Of a stretch of 64,000 bases of DNA, positions 57,985 to 64,000 are shown one piece after another (position 1 is the stretch's first letter; each line of letters starts with the position of its first letter). The translations under genes and the position numbers were made by a program. The stretch covers positions 2,770 to 66,769 of the forward strand of contig CAMOTP010000001.1 in NCBI GenBank assembly GCA_946625925.1. Reading direction: 5' to 3'. The notes under the pieces are model-generated. The model made no database searches. It was not told the DNA's origin and saw nothing but the letters and a program-made list of their open reading frames with translations. The DNA comes from an uncultured Alphaproteobacteria bacterium (GTDB taxonomy: Bacteria; Pseudomonadota; Alphaproteobacteria; Rs-D84).

Positions 57985-58687
57985 ATGTGGCAGATACTTT
58001 TACGGATACATTTGTGTCTTTGGATGTTAATGTTCCAAATGCGCCTGCGTCCATTGATTCTGCGGTTGCCTTGGCTGCCATTAATCTGTAGCTGTTGCTG
58101 GGGTTATAATCGTATGTTGCATTACCATATGTTACAGACAGTAATTTGCCAACGGTACGATTATCACCACTGACCAATGCTGTGGCACGTTCTTTTGCGT
58201 TTTTGACGGCTTCGCCTAAACATTTTTCCATAATTGGTTGCATTGTTTCGCTACTTGTAAACATTTGTAAATTTCCGACATATATGTTTGGTTGTCCTGC
58301 AAATTGATTTAATACCTGTTCAATTGTGTCCATATTGTCGGCAGAAACCTCGACTGCGATAGTTGTTTCAAATCCAACATTTACAGATTTTTGTGTTTGA
58401 TGATTCCATTCGTTTTTTTCATATGAATTGAATTCTGTTGTTTGCGTTTTTACATCCAGTGTAGACAAGAAATTGTTAATTTCTGCCATTTTTTCTGTTG
58501 CAGAACGCATCGATTGTAATGCGTTTTTATTCAGTGTTGTGACACGCAAAGTGATAGCCGTTCTGTCGCGTGGCGCGGTGGTTAAACATTCGCCATTTGT
58601 TGATACGGTGCGTGGAGTATCAGGTGTTATGTATGTATAACCAATCACTGCTAAAATTGCAATCAAAACCCAAGTTGTTGTTTTCAT
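57971..58687 (-). CDS. SIMPL/DUF541 periplasmic protein (BP26-like)
   Basis: Signal peptide MKTTTWVLIAILAVIG; length and pattern consistent with the SIMPL family. Confidence 0.6.
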   Translation of the reverse strand: MKTTTWVLIAILAVIGYTYITPDTPRTVSTNGECLTTAPRDRTAITLRVTTLNKNALQSMRSATEKMAEINNFLSTLDVKTQTTEFNSYEKNEWNHQTQKSVNVGFETTIAVEVSADNMDTIEQVLNQFAGQPNIYVGNLQMFTSSETMQPIMEKCLGEAVKNAKERATALVSGDNRTVGKLLSVTYGNATYDYNPSNSYRLMAAKATAESMDAGAFGTLTSKDTNVSVKVSATFEIR

Positions 58688-58713
58688 ATTTCTCTCTCCC
58701 TCTGTAATGTGGT

Positions 58714-59766
58714 TTAATTAAAGTAATCCAGTTTCATGGCCTTTTTTACCTCGGACAATGTTTCCGCAGCGGCAGCACGAGCCTTGTTTGTGCCAATGCG
58801 TAAAATTTCCATTATAGATGCAGAATCGCGTGCCAATAATTCGCGTTTTTCACGAATTGGACGCAATGTTTCTTGCAAAACATTATTCAAGAATTTTTTT
58901 ACTTTTACATCGCCCAATCCACCACGTTCATAGTGTGCGGCCAATTCAGAATAGTCTTTATATTCCGGCATAAATGCGGCAAAGTGTTCCGGTTTTGCAA
59001 AGACTGACAAGTATATGAATACAGGATTATCCTTGGTATTGCCGGGGTCTTGGATGCGCAAATGGTTTGGATCTGTGAACATGGATTGCACACGTGATGC
59101 AATTGTGTCAGCAGAATCTTTGAGGTAAATACAGTTGTTTAATGATTTGCCCATTTTTGCGTTTCCGTCGATTCCTGGCAGTCGAGCCGCGTGATTAGAA
59201 TCAGGTGTAATTATTTTAACTGGTTTCAAAACATCGGCATATATGGAATTAAATTTATGCACAATTTCATTTGTTTGTTCAATCATTGGTGCCTGGTCAT
59301 CGCCACCAGGTACAATAGTTGCCTTGAACGCGGTAATGTCAGCGGCCTGTGATATTGGATAATTCAAAAATCCAACGGGCAGGCCAGTTGAAAATTTTTC
59401 CTTTTGTTCAATTTCTGATTTTACAGTTGGATTGCGTTGCAGACGTGCCACTGTCACTAAATTCATGTAATAAAATGTCAATTCTGTTAATTCTGGAATT
59501 TCGGACTGGATGAACAATATTGTTTTTTCTGGGTCATATCCAACCGCCAGCATATCCAATGCAACCTCGATTACGTTATTTCTGACCTTGTCAGGATTGT
59601 CAAAATTGTCCGTTAATGCCTGGGCATCGGCAATCATGCCGTACATATATTTGTAATCATATGTATTTTGAATAAAAACATTGTTTTGTAATGCACCGCA
59701 AAAATGGCCAATGTGTAATGAGCCTGTGGGACGTATTCCTGTTAAAATAATTTTATCATCAGACAT
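58714..59766 (-). CDS. trpS: tryptophanyl-tRNA synthetase
   Basis: Start MSDDKIILTGIRPTGSLHIGHF (HIGH), KMGKS (KMSKS); upstream in-frame ORF extension (59767..59958) rejected. Confidence 0.9.
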   Translation of the reverse strand: MSDDKIILTGIRPTGSLHIGHFCGALQNNVFIQNTYDYKYMYGMIADAQALTDNFDNPDKVRNNVIEVALDMLAVGYDPEKTILFIQSEIPELTELTFYYMNLVTVARLQRNPTVKSEIEQKEKFSTGLPVGFLNYPISQAADITAFKATIVPGGDDQAPMIEQTNEIVHKFNSIYADVLKPVKIITPDSNHAARLPGIDGNAKMGKSLNNCIYLKDSADTIASRVQSMFTDPNHLRIQDPGNTKDNPVFIYLSVFAKPEHFAAFMPEYKDYSELAAHYERGGLGDVKVKKFLNNVLQETLRPIREKRELLARDSASIMEILRIGTNKARAAAAETLSEVKKAMKLDYFN

Positions 59767-59872
59767 AATAATACCTTTTATTATCTTTATTATTTTATCA
59801 TTTTTTTCCAGAATTGCAAGGGGTAGGGCTAAAAAGGTTGCAATAATAAAAATTATAATATTGACAAAATAC

Positions 59873-59900
59873 TTGAAAATATTAAATTTTGTACTATAAT
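59873..59900 (+). promoter_or_regulatory. sigma70-like promoter for aspS leader (TTGAAA-16-TATAAT)
   Basis: TTGAAA 59873-78, TATAAT 59895-900; predicts a ~275-nt leader. Confidence 0.35.
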
Positions 59901-59907
59901 GAAAAAC

Positions 59908-60182
59908 GAAAGCCGATAATCCACTAACAATGGGGAGGCGGAAGAAGAACGGCGGCAAGCTGACTTGCGCTTATTAGAACTTCCCGGGATTGCCCGTTAC
60001 AGCAAAAGACTCTTTAATGGTATGGCGAATCCAGCGAGAGTTGAAAAGGCAGCATTGGTGACAATGTTGTAAAACAAGGTGGCACCGCGTTGGTGTCGTG
60101 TTTATCAGATTAGATATGCGCGATATTTAACGTCCTTGTGTTCTTATTTAAAAACAAATAACAAAACACAAAGGAGGTTAAA
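59908..60182 (+). promoter_or_regulatory. GC-rich structured leader with T-box-like motif upstream of aspS
   Basis: AACAAGGTGGCACCGCG at 60073-60089 resembles T-box consensus AAUUAGGGUGGNACCGCG; UGGC fits a G73 discriminator tRNA; local GC well above flanks; terminator/antiterminator pairing not convincingly foldable by hand. Confidence 0.3.
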
Positions 60183-61499
60183 ATGTCTAAAATAAGAACG
60201 CATATCGCCGAAATTCCACAAAAAATTGGCGAAACAATAACTTTAATGGGTCACGCGCAAACAATACGCGAACAGTCCGCTGTTGTGTTTATTGTGCTGC
60301 GTGAAATCACCGGAACTGTTCAATGCGTTATTGAACGTGGAACAGTGGCATGGGATGTTGTAAAACAAATAACAACAGAATCCGTTATTTCTGTAACTGG
60401 TACTGTTGTGAAAACAAAAAGTACAGAAAGTGGATTTGAAATCCATGTGTCTGAAATTAAAATTTTGTCGTTGGCCGAAGCAACACCGATTCCAGTTACG
60501 CAAAAAGGCAGCACCGAAGTTACACCTGAAAAATCGCAAGATTGGCGTTTTTTGTCATTACGTAGTCCACGCGGTGCAACAATTATGCGTGCGTTTTCTG
60601 CAATGACGGCTGGGTATCACGAATACTTGTCCAAGCAAGGTTTTATAGAAATTCAGACACCAAAGATTATGGCAACACCATCTGAATCGCGTGCTGAATT
60701 GTTCAAATTAGAATACTTTGGTCAAACAGCATATCTGGCGCAATCGCCACAATTATTCAAACAAATGGCAATTGCATCTGGGCTGGAACGTGTGTTCGAA
60801 GTTGCACCAGCATTTCGTGCAGATAAATCTTTCACAACACGTCATGCAACAGAATTCACTTCTTTCGATGGTGAAATGGCGTATATCGAAAGTTTTGAAG
60901 AAGTAATGCAAGAACTGGAACAAGCAATTCGTTATATGTTGACAGCGATTAAAAAAGAATGTGGCGCAGAAATTAAAAAGTATTTTGGTGTTGAAGAAAT
61001 ACAATTAAAGAAACCCATCCCGCGTATAACAATGGCGCGTGCCAAAGAAATTCTTCGTGAAATGGGCGCTGCATCCGAAGAGCCAGACATTACAACCGCC
61101 GAAGAAAAGGCGTTGGGCGAATATGTCAAAGAACACTTTGGTTCTGATTTCGTTTTTGTAACCCAATGGCCGTGGGAGGCGCGTCCGTTTTATCACAAGA
61201 AAGGTGTTGGCGAACATGGTGAACCAATATCTGTGTCGGCTGACTTGCTGTACAAAGGTGTTGAAATTGTGACATGTGCACAACGTGAAGAATCCTATGA
61301 AAAACTGTGTGAACAGTTGCGCGAAAAAGGATTGCACCAAGAAGGTTTGCAATGGTATTTGGAATGTTTCAGATATGGTATGCCACCACATGGCGGTTGG
61401 GGTTTTGGCGGTGCACGTTTTATAAAACAGTTGCTGGAATTGCCAACAATTAGGGAAGCAATGTTTTTATTCCGTGGACCAACAAGATTAATGCCATAA
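60183..61499 (+). CDS. aspS: aspartyl-tRNA synthetase, archaeal/eukaryal-type (class IIb; possibly non-discriminating) - AsnRS not excluded
   Basis: 438 aa; motif-2 region FRADKSFTTRHATEFTSFDGEMAYIESFEEVM parallels archaeal AspRS FRAEEHNTTRHLNE...SEMAFIEDEEEVM; strong AAAGGAGG RBS. Confidence 0.7.
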   Translation: MSKIRTHIAEIPQKIGETITLMGHAQTIREQSAVVFIVLREITGTVQCVIERGTVAWDVVKQITTESVISVTGTVVKTKSTESGFEIHVSEIKILSLAEATPIPVTQKGSTEVTPEKSQDWRFLSLRSPRGATIMRAFSAMTAGYHEYLSKQGFIEIQTPKIMATPSESRAELFKLEYFGQTAYLAQSPQLFKQMAIASGLERVFEVAPAFRADKSFTTRHATEFTSFDGEMAYIESFEEVMQELEQAIRYMLTAIKKECGAEIKKYFGVEEIQLKKPIPRITMARAKEILREMGAASEEPDITTAEEKALGEYVKEHFGSDFVFVTQWPWEARPFYHKKGVGEHGEPISVSADLLYKGVEIVTCAQREESYEKLCEQLREKGLHQEGLQWYLECFRYGMPPHGGWGFGGARFIKQLLELPTIREAMFLFRGPTRLMP

Positions 61500-61530
61500 A
61501 AAAATGCCCAAATTTATTTTGGGCATCTTT

Positions 61531-63360
61531 TTATTTTTGTACAAAATGTACACTATATTGTGGTTTTTTATCAGCACCCAATGACGCACGAACAACTTTG
61601 TTTGATGCAGTTTGTACGGCACGAACCAAGTTGTTTTTATCTTTGCGTTCTGTTTTGGTTAAACCATCGATGGCCTTGGTAATTTCAATTTGAATTTGAC
61701 GTTTCATAAATCCTGTATCATCACTTTCAAATATACCGGCACTGGATACTTCGGGTGTACCTTTCAAGAACCCTTTTTTATCCACAGGTAATGTTACAAA
61801 TACAGCACCGTTCATTGCGATTTTTTTACGATTTTTATAAACCTGGTCATCGGCACTGCGTTCAGTTTCACCTTCCATAACAACAAAACGTGTTTCAATT
61901 GTTTCGGCAACATAAGCTTCGTTACCATCGGACAGTGCAATCATTTCGCCATTGTGGACAACCATCATTTGTTTTGCACCACCACGTTCCATCGCCATTT
62001 TTCCGTTTAACATTTCGTTAATATAATCACCATGCATTGGAATAGAAACCTGGGGGTGAACCATATCATAAAAACGTTCGAATTCAGGACGACCTGCGTG
62101 GCCACTGGCATGAATGTGATCTGTATCAAATATTGTATGCGTTTTTATACCCATACGTGCTAATTTATTATACAGGTAAGATACATCTTGTTCGCGGCCA
62201 GGAATAATAATTGCACTGAAAATAACGGTGTCGGTTGGCAAAAGTTTTAATTCTTTTACTTGTCCATGGCATAAACGCGTTAACATTGCAAATTTTTCAC
62301 CCTGGGAACCTGTCAAAAATATTGCTTGTTTTTCAGCAGGCAAATCTTTGATGTCGCGATGTAAATAAATATCGCCTTCGTTCAGATAATTAAATTCAAT
62401 ACCTATCTGACGAAATTCAGGCAATCCTACAAAAGGTACAGGATTTGGATTTGTACGTTCTTTGATTGCGGCAATTCGTCCCGCGGCATGAGCAGCCTCG
62501 GCAAACATTTTTAAGCGTGCGATACTGCGTGAATAACCGGTGACAAATACACGTCCAGGTGCGTTTTTCATAATTTCGGTTAATGTTTCGCGAACCTGGG
62601 TTTCTGTCGTTTGTGGTGTCTGGCGTGATGCAGATGTGGAATCACAAACGCATGCCAATAATTTTGGGTCAGATCCAATTTCACGTAAACGGACATAATC
62701 TGTTCCGGGTTCAATGGGATTATCGTCATTAAATGTCCAGTCGCCTGTGTGTAATATTTTACCTGCAGGTGTTTTGATGATTAACATCTGGGCTTCGGGG
62801 ACAGAGTGTGATACATGGAATGTTTCGACAGTAAATGGCGATAAATCAAGTGTTGCGCCATTGGCATCAAATTCAATGATATCTTTTTCTGGGTTATAAT
62901 CTAATTCGATACCATCAAATGTTTGACGTAAAATTTCGGCAGGGAAACGAGTACAATAAATTGGTTTTCTGAATTTTGGCCAAATAAATTTTAATGCGCC
63001 AATATGGTCTTCGTGGCCATGTGTTATAACAAAACCAACAACATCTTTCTTGTGTTTTTCCAACCAGGATGTGTCGCAATATTGTACGTCACCGGCACCA
63101 ATTTCTTCTTCGAGAAATCCCATACCACAATCAACAATCAGGTATTTGCCTTTGTATTTATATACATACATATTTTGACCGACATGTTCCAAACCACCCA
63201 ATGCCATAAAATACATTTTATCATCATTTGTGTCTGATTCGTGTGCCGGTTTTTCTGGAATAGGTTTAATTATATCTTCTAATTCAGATTTTGTTTTTTT
63301 ATTTGTTTTTTTCTGCGTTGTCTTTTTATCCGCAGCTGTTTTTTTATGTAATAATACCAT
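61531..63360 (-). CDS. rnj: ribonuclease J (beta-CASP MBL nuclease) with K-rich N-terminal extension
   Basis: MBL motif ITHGHEDHIG, beta-CASP region; 609 aa. Confidence 0.85.
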   Translation of the reverse strand: MVLLHKKTAADKKTTQKKTNKKTKSELEDIIKPIPEKPAHESDTNDDKMYFMALGGLEHVGQNMYVYKYKGKYLIVDCGMGFLEEEIGAGDVQYCDTSWLEKHKKDVVGFVITHGHEDHIGALKFIWPKFRKPIYCTRFPAEILRQTFDGIELDYNPEKDIIEFDANGATLDLSPFTVETFHVSHSVPEAQMLIIKTPAGKILHTGDWTFNDDNPIEPGTDYVRLREIGSDPKLLACVCDSTSASRQTPQTTETQVRETLTEIMKNAPGRVFVTGYSRSIARLKMFAEAAHAAGRIAAIKERTNPNPVPFVGLPEFRQIGIEFNYLNEGDIYLHRDIKDLPAEKQAIFLTGSQGEKFAMLTRLCHGQVKELKLLPTDTVIFSAIIIPGREQDVSYLYNKLARMGIKTHTIFDTDHIHASGHAGRPEFERFYDMVHPQVSIPMHGDYINEMLNGKMAMERGGAKQMMVVHNGEMIALSDGNEAYVAETIETRFVVMEGETERSADDQVYKNRKKIAMNGAVFVTLPVDKKGFLKGTPEVSSAGIFESDDTGFMKRQIQIEITKAIDGLTKTERKDKNNLVRAVQTASNKVVRASLGADKKPQYSVHFVQK

Positions 63361-63544
63361 TTAATATTCCTTGTTTTTTGTTAATATTTTTTCAGCATTA
63401 CCACACGAATTTATTGCTAATAAAGCAATTTTTATATGTCTTTATTGGTAGTAAATCCCAAGTGGCAATGCACTTTATATATCCTACATATTTTCAGGAT
63501 AAATCTTAGTATTTTTTATACTAAAATCAAGAGTTTTATTGGCG

Positions 63545-64000
63545 CTATAATTTAACCCCATATTTACCACGATTTATTGGACGATAAGATAAAGCCTCGA
63601 TTAAATCATCCATTATTATATCATCGCGATTTGCCAAGTCCGCGATTGTTCTGGCAATACGTTTGATGCGGTTATATCCACGTGCTGACAAACCGACTTT
63701 TTCAGCAGCTGTGTTTAAAAAATCGGTCATTTCTGGTGTTAATTTTACAATCTCGTCTAGTGCTGTACCATTTAACAGTGCATTTACATAACCTTGGCGT
63801 GTTAATTGACGGTTGCGTGCGTTAATAACGCGTGCACGAATTTGTGCACTGGTTTCTGGGGTTGTTGTTGTGTCAGGTTTCATATCCCATGGATTCACAG
63901 CATCGACATCAACGTGTAAATCAATTCTGTCCAATAATGGTCCAGAAATTTTATTTTGATATGCCTCGGCACAGCGGGGTGCACGTGTGCAGGATAGGGC
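63545..64000 (-). CDS. YifB/ComM-family Mg-chelatase-like AAA+ protein, C-terminal part (gene runs off window end)
   Basis: ...ISGPLLDRIDLHVDV... and C-terminal region typical of ComM; reading frame stays open to position 64000. Confidence 0.7.
   Translation of the reverse strand, partial: ALSCTRAPRCAEAYQNKISGPLLDRIDLHVDVDAVNPWDMKPDTTTTPETSAQIRARVINARNRQLTRQGYVNALLNGTALDEIVKLTPEMTDFLNTAAEKVGLSARGYNRIKRIARTIADLANRDDIIMDDLIEALSYRPINRGKYGVKL

Noticed and set aside
59767-59958. 64-aa hydrophobic N-terminal extension of the trpS ORF
   Set aside because: Canonical TrpRS N-terminus with the HIGH motif starts at MSDDK (59766). The extension lies in the AT-rich promoter/leader region shared with divergent aspS, so it is an ORF-caller artefact.
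59932-60072. 47-codon stop-free frame in the GC-rich trpS/aspS intergenic region (…RRQADLRLLELPGIARYSKRLFNGMANPARVEKAALVTML)
   Set aside because: It has no start codon or RBS. It is kept only as an alternative explanation (decayed gene fragment) for the GC-rich leader, not called as CDS.
63545-63934. Treating ORF 63545..63934 as a complete 129-aa gene
   Set aside because: The listed M is a TTG within a frame that stays open to the window edge. The upstream residues (...ISGPLLDRIDLH) continue the ComM/YifB sequence, so the gene is partial here.

Overview
The window is AT-rich (roughly mid-30s % GC by eye) and densely coding, from a Gram-negative bacterium. The chaperonin and GroES sequences, the tilS-ftsH adjacency, BamE, CarD/CdnL and RodZ-like genes suggest a reduced alphaproteobacterial (Rickettsiales/Holosporales-like) endosymbiont. 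I cannot confirm this without searches. Most of the window is housekeeping: ctpA, prfB with its programmed +1 frameshift, amiC, a large pyruvate:ferredoxin oxidoreductase, rpsA, groES/groEL, tilS-ftsH, prmC, M23 peptidase, tspO, dusB, uvrA, rlmE, a PBP1A, guaC, lysS, rpsD, xerC/D, trpS, an archaeal-type aspS, RNase J, and four tRNAs (Arg-TCT, Met/Ile-CAT, Ser-CGA, Gly-GCC). Embedded in this backbone are several accessory or unusual regions. First, a ~5.2 kb segment directly downstream of tRNA-Gly (43.9-49.2 kb) is bounded by near-identical terminator-like direct repeats. It carries an ACP-like protein, a tandem array of seven small ORFs whose junctions all share the same ~13-nt stop/RBS element, and a holin-like small membrane protein plus two unknown proteins; no integrase lies inside it. 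Second, two tandem paralogous leucine-rich-repeat (BspA-type) proteins share a near-identical ~200-aa N-terminal domain. Third, three tandem P-loop NMP-kinase (adenylate-kinase-like) paralogs occur within 3 kb. Fourth, a stand-alone gene encodes only the M domain of Ffh/SRP54. Fifth, a degenerate duplicate of the rlmE 5' end flanks an insertion of three small ORFs. Sixth, a GC-rich leader with a T-box-like motif precedes aspS. No transposase, CRISPR array or rRNA is present. Coordinates derived by hand may be off by 1-2 nt.
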